From a virus: a DNA stretch of 64,000 nt. How positions within the stretch are numbered: the first letter of the stretch is position 1; the number at the start of each line of letters is the position of its first letter. Under the pieces are notes generated by a model. The model worked only from the letters and a program-made list of their open reading frames with translations, had not been told where the DNA came from and searched no databases. The stretch lies in the IMG/VR virus record IMGVR_UViG_3300034105_002232; one strand, 5' to 3'. Made by a program: the position numbers and the translations under genes. Shown piece by piece: positions 56,062 to 64,000 of this stretch.

Positions 56062-57189
56062 TTATTCTTCCCAAACATATGGGCCAGATTTTTGTACAGC
56101 AAAAGTTAAATACGATTCAATTTTTTCTAAATCTGCTGAAGTTTTTAAACTAGTAACTTCGTTAGCAAAGTGTAATTCAACTCCTAAGTCTAACGCCAAA
56201 TTTAAAATTTCTTTGCGTCTTTCTGCATCGTCGGTTAACGAATATATACTACACATTACTATACCGTCTGGCTTTTGTTTGATGTAATGTTCTAGTGCTG
56301 GTTGCCAATCCATATGCTCGTTGTCTGTTAGATAATCATTATAACTAATTTTATTTTTTACACAATATTGTTCTATAATAGAACGTTGCATAGGTAATGT
56401 TTGCCATTTACTAAAAGCACTACTCCATCCTGCATAAGTAACAAATTTTCTTCCGGTATTATCCGAAATCCTTGCACCTTCGTAGTCGCCTGGTAACCGC
56501 ATAAATCCTCCTGGGTTTCTACGCAAATATTCTTCTCCTTCAACCAGGATACGCATATCCATACTGACTCTAGTATAATTTTCTTTATTGTCTACATTAC
56601 CGTGCAAGTGTTCTTGTAAAAATAAGTGACTTTGGCCTGTATTCAAGGTTACTGGTTGTGCATAACGTAAACATTCTTTTTCAAATTTTTCTAAGCTCCA
56701 TTTTTCACTTAACACTTGCTTAGTAAGTTGCCTACTAATAGCTAAATCTAATATCCACATAGTATTAGTTTTCTCTGCGCGAGTAAAAGGTGTCCAAATG
56801 GTTCTGCAACCTCTACCATTGCCTACAAATATGCCCTGATGAAACCATAATCTGCGTCCTGCCTGTGCCTGATTAGGTATAACGACTCGTAGCGTACCTT
56901 GTCGTTGTATTAAATACTTTTTATAATTAATTCGTTGTGGAATATATTCTTCTACAAATTTATCAAATTTCTCCATGAAATCTTTTCTGCTGCATGCATT
57001 TTGCACATGGGCCGCAACCTTGACTATTTCAGCAGGATTTAGAACTTCGTGTAAAGTTTCTAGTTCTTTTACGTGTGGCATTATTTCTTGTATAATAGAC
57101 AATGCCCAAGCAGGCCAATTATACTTTCCTAAATTATAATTTAGAGTTTTGTTATTCCACTCTTTTTCGGTTATTTTTAGTTCTGTCAT
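56062..57189 (-). CDS. Fusion of a 2OG-Fe(II) oxygenase-like domain and a sporadic-carbohydrate-cluster (LIC12192-like) domain
   Basis: N-terminal Q...TLRVVIP..FHQG...TIWTPFT...HGN..N...TRVSMDMR; C-terminal QR.II..YC.KN.I...DGIV..SIY.L..D..RR.EI...GVELHFANE. Confidence 0.6.
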   Translation of the reverse strand: MTELKITEKEWNNKTLNYNLGKYNWPAWALSIIQEIMPHVKELETLHEVLNPAEIVKVAAHVQNACSRKDFMEKFDKFVEEYIPQRINYKKYLIQRQGTLRVVIPNQAQAGRRLWFHQGIFVGNGRGCRTIWTPFTRAEKTNTMWILDLAISRQLTKQVLSEKWSLEKFEKECLRYAQPVTLNTGQSHLFLQEHLHGNVDNKENYTRVSMDMRILVEGEEYLRRNPGGFMRLPGDYEGARISDNTGRKFVTYAGWSSAFSKWQTLPMQRSIIEQYCVKNKISYNDYLTDNEHMDWQPALEHYIKQKPDGIVMCSIYSLTDDAERRKEILNLALDLGVELHFANEVTSLKTSADLEKIESYLTFAVQKSGPYVWEE

Positions 57190-58106
57190 TGATTTTTCCT
57201 TAAAAATTTTAATAAATCAATAGTGTCATTGATACCGTTACTAAGGCTAACTTTAGGTTTCCACCCTAAAGTTTGTGTGATTAAATTATGATCGCTGTTT
57301 AGGTAATAGAGTTCACCAGGCCTAATAGGTTTTGAATCCCAAATAATTTTTCCTTGCCAGTTCAATTTATTAGCAATTAATTGTGCATAATCCTTGATCT
57401 TAATAGGATTGTCTGGTCCTAATGTGAAAGTTTTGCCTTCGCACAAGGTAGGATTATTAATTACTTGCTCCCATGCGTCAACTAAATCATCAATGTAGAT
57501 AAAGTTTCTATAAGGTTCTGCGTATCCTAAAGAAATTTCGTTAGGATTACTTAACATTTGTGAAATAATTTGTTCAGTTACAAAAAAGTTATTATCTTTT
57601 CTGCCGTAGCTATTTGTTTGCCTAATTATTGTAAACGGTAAATTTAAACAACGTCTAGCATATTCTAAATATTTTTCAACGCCAAATTTAGCAATAGAAT
57701 ATGGAGCATTGGGACTGGGTATAGTGTGTTCGTTAAACGCTATAAATTTATCAGGAATCAAATTTAGTTTTACTTCGTCGCTAATTGGTTGCCACCCATA
57801 TACCTCCATTGTGCTAGCAAAAACAAAGTTTTTTAAATTTTTAAGTTTACTAGCGGTTTCAATTAAGTTAACGCTACCTACATAATTAATTTGACTGAAA
57901 GTAATTTGTTCGTAAAAGCTTTGTTCAACTTCTGTTCTAGCAGCTAGATGAACTATTATTTCTGGATTGGACTCTATTACTTCTTTAGTTACTTCGGCAA
58001 AATTAAGTAAATCATTTTTTAAAAAATGTAACTCATTATTATGCCCAAGTCTAGCAGATAGGTAGGATCCTATAAAACCGGAATGTCCGGTAATTAAAAT
58101 TTTCAT
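57186..58106 (-). CDS. NAD-dependent nucleotide-sugar dehydratase/epimerase (RmlB/Gmd-like)
   Basis: ILITGHSGFIG, VHLAA, ASTMEVYG, PYSIAK, RNFIYIDD, RPGE. Confidence 0.9.
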   Translation of the reverse strand: MKILITGHSGFIGSYLSARLGHNNELHFLKNDLLNFAEVTKEVIESNPEIIVHLAARTEVEQSFYEQITFSQINYVGSVNLIETASKLKNLKNFVFASTMEVYGWQPISDEVKLNLIPDKFIAFNEHTIPSPNAPYSIAKFGVEKYLEYARRCLNLPFTIIRQTNSYGRKDNNFFVTEQIISQMLSNPNEISLGYAEPYRNFIYIDDLVDAWEQVINNPTLCEGKTFTLGPDNPIKIKDYAQLIANKLNWQGKIIWDSKPIRPGELYYLNSDHNLITQTLGWKPKVSLSNGINDTIDLLKFLRKNQ

Positions 58107-58678
58107 ATAATTGTAATTTGTCGCAAATCAGGATATTGATGATATTCAGGTAATTTGTTGATGGTAGTTAATTTTTCTAAACCAATTTTTGCGTCTTCGA
58201 TAGTGGGTCTATAGTGATACCCAATCTTGAACGTGCATTGTGATTCCCAAGGCGCAACAGATAATCTGCGTCCGTCGTATCGTTGTTCAATTATGGTACT
58301 GTATGCCTGTGCATCATCTAACAGTATAGCACCACCATGCCCTATATGTAAAGGTTTATTGTGCCCAAAACTCAGACACTGCATTTGTCCCGCACGATAC
58401 ATGTTTCTTTCCAATCTACGTGCGCTATCCCAGATGTTAGTGCCGTGAAACGGATATTCACCAACCCAGGTTTCTTCGGTGTACAAATATGCAATGCCCA
58501 ACTTGTGCATGGTCATTGGTATACTAAGATAGGTGAATGGAGTAAATGCTGTTTGAGTGACAGCATGGTATCGTAGACACATTTCAATCGCATGAGTACA
58601 ACAGTCGGTCATTATGGCATAAGGTGCACCAGTGTACTCGGCTAATGCCTGTTCAAATTTTAATATTTGATCAAACAT
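58103..58678 (-). CDS. Short DegT-like PLP-dependent aminotransferase
   Basis: FEQALAEYTGAPYAI.TDCCTHA, WDSA, CLSFGHNKPLHIGHGGAIL, GYHY; only 191 aa. Confidence 0.75.
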   Translation of the reverse strand: MFDQILKFEQALAEYTGAPYAIMTDCCTHAIEMCLRYHAVTQTAFTPFTYLSIPMTMHKLGIAYLYTEETWVGEYPFHGTNIWDSARRLERNMYRAGQMQCLSFGHNKPLHIGHGGAILLDDAQAYSTIIEQRYDGRRLSVAPWESQCTFKIGYHYRPTIEDAKIGLEKLTTINKLPEYHQYPDLRQITII

Positions 58679-59678
58679 TTTTTATATTTTGAACAAGTTG
58701 TTGTATATCGTTGGTATACCGTTTACCTAAATCAATGTTGTAAAACAATTCCATATTTTTTTTCCTCCTGTTATGTGTTTTGATAAAAATTTCATGTAGA
58801 TTTTCTTTGACTAAATCATCTAATATCTCATGAAGTTTAAACATTCTTTTAAATGGATCTGGTTCTATATCATAGTAATCATGATTTATGATATCGTCGA
58901 ATGTATCAATCCCGTAGCCTCTCAGATGTTCAACAGAACCTGCACAACTAAACAATAAAAATAACTGTCCAGCTGCAATAGGTTTCCAAGTTTTTTCTGA
59001 TATAAAAAAATTGTGTGCAACGGTAGTTTCGGTTACTAAATTTATGTAGCTGTTACGATATGCAGGATGTGACAGGTCTATATGGTGAGAACAAATATTT
59101 GTATCTCCAAACATAGGTAAATTAGCGCTAACATTATCCCATTCGGTAATTATATTGTTAGGAAGCAGAGGTTCGTCACCTCTGTTGTTTTTTATATTAA
59201 CTGGATCTGTGTGTATACTAAAAAAACAATCATCATAGTATGATTTATTTTTTAATACCAAATAATTGTAAATTCTGTGAGGTCGCGGAGTGCCATTTAA
59301 ACAGCAAACTTTGTATCTTCGTTTTACACGATTGATTCTGTTATTACCAATTGCTTGATCTTTAAGAACATTTTTTAAAAAATAATAATAAAATGGATGA
59401 TATACTAAATTTGATTTTTGTAAATGATGGGAGGAATCCGACGACAGTATCAGAAAGTTTAGCAGATAAGTTTTTATTTTGTCGTGTAGATCAAACGGAA
59501 TATTACCAAAATTACTATCACTAAAGAAAATAACTAAAATTTTATTTTTATCTGTAGTGATCAATGTGCGGTCATTCAAATCAATGCATTTGCATCCGTC
59601 AATGAATACAAAATTAGGATCTGTTAGACTATACAATCCATTTTGTAGATAATCAGGAAGGTCAGGAAGGGTCAGCAT
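58671..59678 (-). CDS. TEK(T/I)-motif GT-like protein (AT-rich)
   Basis: CCLNGTPRPHR...INLVTET...ISEKTWKPI.AGQLF...LRGYGIDTFDDII.HDYYD. Confidence 0.55.
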   Translation of the reverse strand: MLTLPDLPDYLQNGLYSLTDPNFVFIDGCKCIDLNDRTLITTDKNKILVIFFSDSNFGNIPFDLHDKIKTYLLNFLILSSDSSHHLQKSNLVYHPFYYYFLKNVLKDQAIGNNRINRVKRRYKVCCLNGTPRPHRIYNYLVLKNKSYYDDCFFSIHTDPVNIKNNRGDEPLLPNNIITEWDNVSANLPMFGDTNICSHHIDLSHPAYRNSYINLVTETTVAHNFFISEKTWKPIAAGQLFLLFSCAGSVEHLRGYGIDTFDDIINHDYYDIEPDPFKRMFKLHEILDDLVKENLHEIFIKTHNRRKKNMELFYNIDLGKRYTNDIQQLVQNIKNV

Positions 59679-60645
59679 CTCTAGTATACCATTTGTATGC
59701 ACTATCAATTAACTGATTGATAGTTGAGTAGTTGGGTTTCCATTTTAGTAAAGTATAAGCCACTGTGTAATTGGCAACCAGACGATCCGGGTCACCAGGG
59801 CGTCTTGGACCTACTGCGACCGCAATGCCATTGTAGTTCAGCATCACATAGTCAATGATTTCTTGGTTGCTGATACCATGCTCAGTACCAAGATTCATTA
59901 CCGCAGCATGTTTCTCAACTTGATTGTTCATCCAATCAATGGCACGTATATGTGCATCTGCCAAATCCCATACATGTATATAATCACGTATACAAGTACG
60001 ATCTGGGGTGTCGTAATCAATACCGTTCAAAGTAAATGTTTGACCAGCCAACTTGGCTTCTAGTATCCTGGCAATGATATGACTGGCACCAGGTGCTTGT
60101 CCAAGATCATGTGCGAAAGGCTCTGCTCCGGCTGCATTGAAATATCTAAAACACACACTGGGAACGCCGTATGCTGCATGATAATCGCTCAACATGCGTT
60201 CAGTCACATGCTTGCTAACACCGTAGGGACTGATAGGCAATTTGGGATCTGATTCATACACAGGTACAATCGCAGGATTGCCGTACACACTGGCACTGCT
60301 ACTAAACAGTATCAGGGGTTTTTTGTCTAAATCCTTTACATGTGTCAGCAGTGTAATAGTTTTTGCAATGTTGTTTTCGTAGTATTCTGCAGGATTGACC
60401 ATGCTTTCGCCAACCAAACTACTGCCTGCACAATGCACAATCACGTCAGGCTGTATCTCACTAATCCACAGCAAACTACTTTTACTAGCATAATCTTCGT
60501 GTAAATATCCATCTATGCCTTTAAGGGTGTGATCTCTGCGCACACGGTCAATGGTGTAGACCCGATTATCTTTGTCGTGTTGCTTTAATGCTCGTGCGAT
60601 GTGGCTACCAATGTAACCACATCCGCCTGTGATAACTATTTTCAT
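59662..60645 (-). CDS. galE: UDP-glucose 4-epimerase
   Basis: ITGGCGYIGSH, HCAG...VGES..NP.EYY.NN, FSSSASVYG, PYGVSK, RYFNAAGA, TCIRDYIHVWDLADAH, RRPGDP. Confidence 0.9.
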   Translation of the reverse strand: MKIVITGGCGYIGSHIARALKQHDKDNRVYTIDRVRRDHTLKGIDGYLHEDYASKSSLLWISEIQPDVIVHCAGSSLVGESMVNPAEYYENNIAKTITLLTHVKDLDKKPLILFSSSASVYGNPAIVPVYESDPKLPISPYGVSKHVTERMLSDYHAAYGVPSVCFRYFNAAGAEPFAHDLGQAPGASHIIARILEAKLAGQTFTLNGIDYDTPDRTCIRDYIHVWDLADAHIRAIDWMNNQVEKHAAVMNLGTEHGISNQEIIDYVMLNYNGIAVAVGPRRPGDPDRLVANYTVAYTLLKWKPNYSTINQLIDSAYKWYTRDADPS

Positions 60646-61838
60646 TAGTATTTGCTTTTGTGTGTGTGCTTACGATAGTCAGTACTCATACGCGACCAAG
60701 ACTCGCCCGTGCCTTCTAGTATGTCACAAATGCGATCAATGGTACCATCAGTCCAATCACTAATGGCGCCCATACCAGGGTGCGGATACTCCAGTAGTTT
60801 ATTAAGTTTAGTAATTGCATCATCTATGCTCCAAGGAATGTAAAGACGTTCTGAATCATTGGCAAACGTTTCAGGAAAACTGCGATACGCAGGATACAAC
60901 ACATTGGCACCCAATGTATCTGCTTCGCTTACGGTGTTGCTTACCCAGTCTTGCAATGCACAGTTAAACAACACTCTGGTATCATTCAGTAGATCATAGT
61001 AGTCATTCTTTTCTAGATCCTCGTGAATTACCAGTTTGCCTTCTGCTTGCAATTGGCGTGTACGGGCCATGTAACTATCATTGTTTGATTTTAATTTTGC
61101 ACCACTGAAGATACAGAATTCCACATCAGGCCAATCGTTGTACACAAAGTTGGCGCGACGATAGTATTCTTCGATCAAGTCCATGTAAAAATCTGGCTGC
61201 TTCTCTTGATCCCACCTTGCAGCAAAGCCCACTCTACGTTTGCGTTGAGCAAAAGGCTTTAGCTCACCTGCAACACGACCACGCACTTCTGCTTTGCCAA
61301 ATGCCAGTCCTGAAATATTATAAACAGGAGCACGCCATCCAGCCACTTTCATGTGCATGACCATTTCTTCATTGCTGGCAAGCACAATGTCTGCAAAGCT
61401 ATCCACCATTTTTTCATAGTGTCCCATCCAGGTCTGCATGTTCCATACATGTACAAAATCATCAGGATCAATACTTTGTGCAAGACAACGAACAGCAATA
61501 CGTGGACGGTGAGCAGGATCAATTTGATCAAGTATGTAGGGCAAGCTTTCAATGCCTGGCTGAAACATGTCTTCGAAGTAGACAACATCTTGATTGTTTA
61601 CTTCACCTTGTTGCATCATTCTGACCAGATTCATCAGCTGACTCATGCCAAAGTATGTGCGTCCGTGTGCATCTAACACTTGCCCTACACTGATCTTTTG
61701 ACTGTTGTCTAAAGTAAGTCCTGGTACAATATGATAGTCAATGCCACGTCGTTCGAACACGGCACGATTCCACTCCTGTAACTGTAATGTGTACCTTGCT
61801 TTGTAAGGCTCTAGGCCCATGTACCATAACTTACGCAT
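60645..61838 (-). CDS. GT-B (group 1-like) glycosyltransferase, possibly DNA-modifying
   Basis: FAARWDQEKQP, YYDLL...RVLFNCALQDWVSNTVSEA..LG..VLYP.YRSFPE (GT-B donor-binding region). Confidence 0.75.
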   Translation of the reverse strand: MRKLWYMGLEPYKARYTLQLQEWNRAVFERRGIDYHIVPGLTLDNSQKISVGQVLDAHGRTYFGMSQLMNLVRMMQQGEVNNQDVVYFEDMFQPGIESLPYILDQIDPAHRPRIAVRCLAQSIDPDDFVHVWNMQTWMGHYEKMVDSFADIVLASNEEMVMHMKVAGWRAPVYNISGLAFGKAEVRGRVAGELKPFAQRKRRVGFAARWDQEKQPDFYMDLIEEYYRRANFVYNDWPDVEFCIFSGAKLKSNNDSYMARTRQLQAEGKLVIHEDLEKNDYYDLLNDTRVLFNCALQDWVSNTVSEADTLGANVLYPAYRSFPETFANDSERLYIPWSIDDAITKLNKLLEYPHPGMGAISDWTDGTIDRICDILEGTGESWSRMSTDYRKHTHKSKY

Positions 61839-62059
61839 TATGTGCGTTCCTTTTTAGCATACCAGTTCATACGCGGCCATTTGCCACGCTGCACACGATC
61901 AAACTCGCCCCAGGGCGTTTTATCGTTGTACAGGTGTCGTTCGTCGTAGATATAACCATATGTTACACAGAACTCTTTGTATTTTTCAAGATCTTCAAAA
62001 ATTTGAGCAACCTCGGGTTTCATTCTTAGATACTTCTTGAGCCAAGCAGGACCAGCCAT
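61838..62059 (-). CDS. Hypothetical protein
   Basis: 73 aa; SD AAGGAG. Confidence 0.7.
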   Translation of the reverse strand: MAGPAWLKKYLRMKPEVAQIFEDLEKYKEFCVTYGYIYDERHLYNDKTPWGEFDRVQRGKWPRMNWYAKKERT

Positions 62060-62071
62060 GTTTACATCTCC

Positions 62072-62521
62072 TTAGATTTTTATTGAAAGGGAGGGTTGAG
62101 TTAGATTATAATTTATTGTGCAGCCATTTTCGCCATCTTCGCTTACATCAATTGTAACACAGCGATCAGGATATCGGCTAGCAATTTGGACATACAAGTC
62201 ATCTGCAATCATTTCGCAACTCTTATAGTCAAGCTGCAACACACTTTGATCGCCTGAATACAGTTGTTCAAGCCATCTTTTAAATTGGATGAATTCAATG
62301 TCGCGATCATTATGGAACACGTCAATATAAACCTTAAAATGAAATATGTGGCGATGAGGATGGGCCAGGAAGGAAACGTCAAATTGATCTCCGGTGGCCA
62401 GTTGCGGATCTGTGGCCGCTGCCGGATAGCAATGGATACCTTCACGCCTGAATGTTACCCAAATTTGTCGTTGGGCTTTATCCATAATTCTGTCTGCCGT
62501 TTGTCTTTGTTCTTGATTCAT
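62072..62521 (-). CDS. Divergent QueD/PTPS-like T-fold protein
   Basis: EGIH.YP, HPHRHIFHFKV, DRDIEFIQFK, SCEMIADDLY, VSEDGENG. Confidence 0.6.
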   Translation of the reverse strand: MNQEQRQTADRIMDKAQRQIWVTFRREGIHCYPAAATDPQLATGDQFDVSFLAHPHRHIFHFKVYIDVFHNDRDIEFIQFKRWLEQLYSGDQSVLQLDYKSCEMIADDLYVQIASRYPDRCVTIDVSEDGENGCTINYNLTQPSLSIKI

Positions 62522-62526
62522 ATTAT

Positions 62527-63084
62527 TCAGGTAAACAGATTTCTATAAGTTGATGTTGACATAGCTTCGAGCGCAATCATGTCTGTATTAGATAATCTAA
62601 AAGAGTACGACTTCCTGTCGGGGCTGACTCTCTCAAAGAAACCGTAATACCCGCCTGTGTAACTGGTTCTAGTCAAATACGGGTTTGATATCAATTGTGC
62701 CTTGGCATGATTGTATGCTATCTCAATGAGATTCTGTATGTGACTATCGGAAAAGTCGTATACTTTGGCCGAGATAATAACATTATCCTTTGTGTATATT
62801 CTCAGTTGTTGTTGGAATTTTTCATACACATGTGACTGTTTGTACGGATTTCTAAATATATCCTCAAGAGACATATCTGCTATAGTCTGGGCGCTGGTAG
62901 CATCAAGATCTCTTGACTTAACCTCTAACCCCAGCGAAAGAATGTCTGGACCATGTCCTTTGTTAATTGGAACTCCTAGGTCTTCTAGTAATTTTTCTGT
63001 GTACCTACCAGCATGTCCATCATGATTAGTAGGTACTTTTTGGCCAATTAGTTTTGCTGCAAGTTTAAATATTTTAACTTTCAT
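62527..63084 (-). CDS. PD-(D/E)XK endonuclease, MutH/Sau3AI-like
   Basis: GHAGRYTEKLLEDLG...GPDILSLGLEVKS. Confidence 0.6.
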   Translation of the reverse strand: MKVKIFKLAAKLIGQKVPTNHDGHAGRYTEKLLEDLGVPINKGHGPDILSLGLEVKSRDLDATSAQTIADMSLEDIFRNPYKQSHVYEKFQQQLRIYTKDNVIISAKVYDFSDSHIQNLIEIAYNHAKAQLISNPYLTRTSYTGGYYGFFERVSPDRKSYSFRLSNTDMIALEAMSTSTYRNLFT

Positions 63085-63590
63085 CTGATAACCTCATCTT
63101 TGGTGTATTTAGACCAGTCTGTAAATACTGTACGATTTTGTAAGTCGTGTACACTATGGCACCAGACTCCTGGATTACTTGCTTTAAAATCTTTGTCATC
63201 AAGTTTAATTATAGCATTATATCCCAGTTGTTGTATATAGGGTAATTTAACCGAAATCATTGGAATAAAATTATTGTGTTCGCAAAATCCATATTCAAGT
63301 ACATCCTCTGCAGCAGACACATCAAAATCTAAGGTACACAAGCGACCATCTTTTAGTAAAGGTCGAATCATGTTTTCCCATTGATCATAATATGATACAC
63401 TACTATCTGGCACAAAACTTTGATTGGCACCAAAATAGATATGCTCGCATTTATATGCTATATAAGCAGCTTCAATCAATTCTGTAGGTTGTATTCCAAC
63501 CACAAACAAGGTTTTTAATCCGAATGCTGGAGTATGTTCTACTTCAGTACCAACAAACAAACTCACATTGTTATGTCCTACTCTATTCAT
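63081..63590 (-). CDS. Hypothetical protein
   Basis: F.G.EVEHTPA.G.KTLFVVG, HIYFGAN.SF, KLDD.DF.A.NPGVWCH. Confidence 0.75.
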   Translation of the reverse strand: MNRVGHNNVSLFVGTEVEHTPAFGLKTLFVVGIQPTELIEAAYIAYKCEHIYFGANQSFVPDSSVSYYDQWENMIRPLLKDGRLCTLDFDVSAAEDVLEYGFCEHNNFIPMISVKLPYIQQLGYNAIIKLDDKDFKASNPGVWCHSVHDLQNRTVFTDWSKYTKDEVIR

Positions 63591-63591
63591 A

Positions 63592-63798
63592 TCAATCTCC
63601 TAGATCCACACGTTCGTGGTCATGTTCCCATTGTAGTTTATTCAATCGAGCCACTTCGTCTTTGACAGCAAGACGTTTCTTTTTCATTTCCGCAAGTCGA
63701 TCAACTTCCACATGCGGATGGTTCCGTTCCATGTCGTCAATTTGTGTATTCAACGATCGGTGCATTTCTTCCAAGTGTTTAATTTTGGCTTTGTACAT
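63592..63798 (-). CDS. DUF465/YdcH-like small coiled-coil protein
   Basis: HL...H..L..QI..ME.......L..MKKKRL.VKDE. Confidence 0.7.
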   Translation of the reverse strand: MYKAKIKHLEEMHRSLNTQIDDMERNHPHVEVDRLAEMKKKRLAVKDEVARLNKLQWEHDHERVDLGD

Positions 63799-64000
63799 TT
63801 ATACCTCAAAAATATCAGAATTGAAAATTACGACTGGTTTTTCTTTCTTTTCTTTATCTAGTTTAACACCACTGCCTTCAATAATCAAATGCTTGTTGGC
63901 CTGAGTGTGTGCATTTTTTGCCTTCTTGCCTTTGAACCCTCTAGTACCAACAATCTCCATCCAATACGAATCATAATGCTCAATGATATCCAATGCTGTT
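63799..64000 (-). CDS. 3' end of a gene starting beyond the window (possibly TGT/DpdA-like, unverified)
   Basis: Frame is open to the window edge (..TALDIIEHYDSYWMEIVGTRGFKGKK..); the identity is a guess from context next to folE/queD/queE. Confidence 0.35.
   Translation of the reverse strand, partial: TALDIIEHYDSYWMEIVGTRGFKGKKAKNAHTQANKHLIIEGSGVKLDKEKKEKPVVIFNSDIFEV

Noticed and set aside
35451-63904. Plus-strand ORFs in the right arm (e.g. 35451-35966, 37299-37784, 41203-41643, 63524-63904) and the alternative-frame ORF 50360-50629
   Set aside because: They overlap well-supported minus-strand genes and have no recognisable features.
1-64000. Stop-codon reassignment
   Set aside because: Long genes are intact under the standard code, and TAA, TAG and TGA all end genes at tight junctions.
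1-64000. tRNA/rRNA genes, integrase or transposase
   Set aside because: Intergenic gaps are short; I saw no cloverleaf with a T-loop motif and no recombinase or transposase motifs by eye. tRNAscan-SE would confirm.

Overview
This 64 kb window is a gene-dense segment of a large tailed dsDNA bacteriophage (myovirus/jumbo-phage-like, standard genetic code). Left arm, + strand (1-11.5 kb): virion structural module with a >2,180-aa baseplate/tail protein truncated at the window edge, two paralogous fibre proteins with different C-terminal autocleaving chaperones, and smaller structural genes. Next (11.6-36 kb): a large glycan-synthesis/tailoring region with three GT-A-like glycosyltransferases, five paralogous radical SAM enzymes with N-terminal Twitch/SPASM-like Cys clusters, TEK(T/I)-motif GT-like paralogues, SGNH-like hydrolases, a NodU/CmcH carbamoyltransferase with an unannotated 33-aa PFIY microprotein, an APS-kinase-like protein, dCMP deaminase, a 1005-aa repeat-rich pseudo-GT, a DegT aminotransferase and an NAD epimerase. 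Right arm, - strand (36-64 kb): thyA, folA, a MoxR-type AAA/VWA pair, early genes with sigma70-type promoters, a T4 RNase H-like nuclease, and a 7-deazaguanine pathway cluster (folE, queD, queE, a second QueD-like gene, possibly a TGT/DpdA C-terminus at the edge). That cluster is interleaved with metK, a PRTase, a B12 radical SAM enzyme, galE, a GT-B glycosyltransferase, further sugar enzymes and a MutH-like nuclease. Best candidates for new biology: (i) a virion or surface glycan-tailoring system, (ii) possible sugar-decorated deazaguanine DNA modification, (iii) a structured preQ1-like leader on queD and a recurring promoter-inside-hairpin architecture. All family calls come from motif recognition by eye; no database searches were run.
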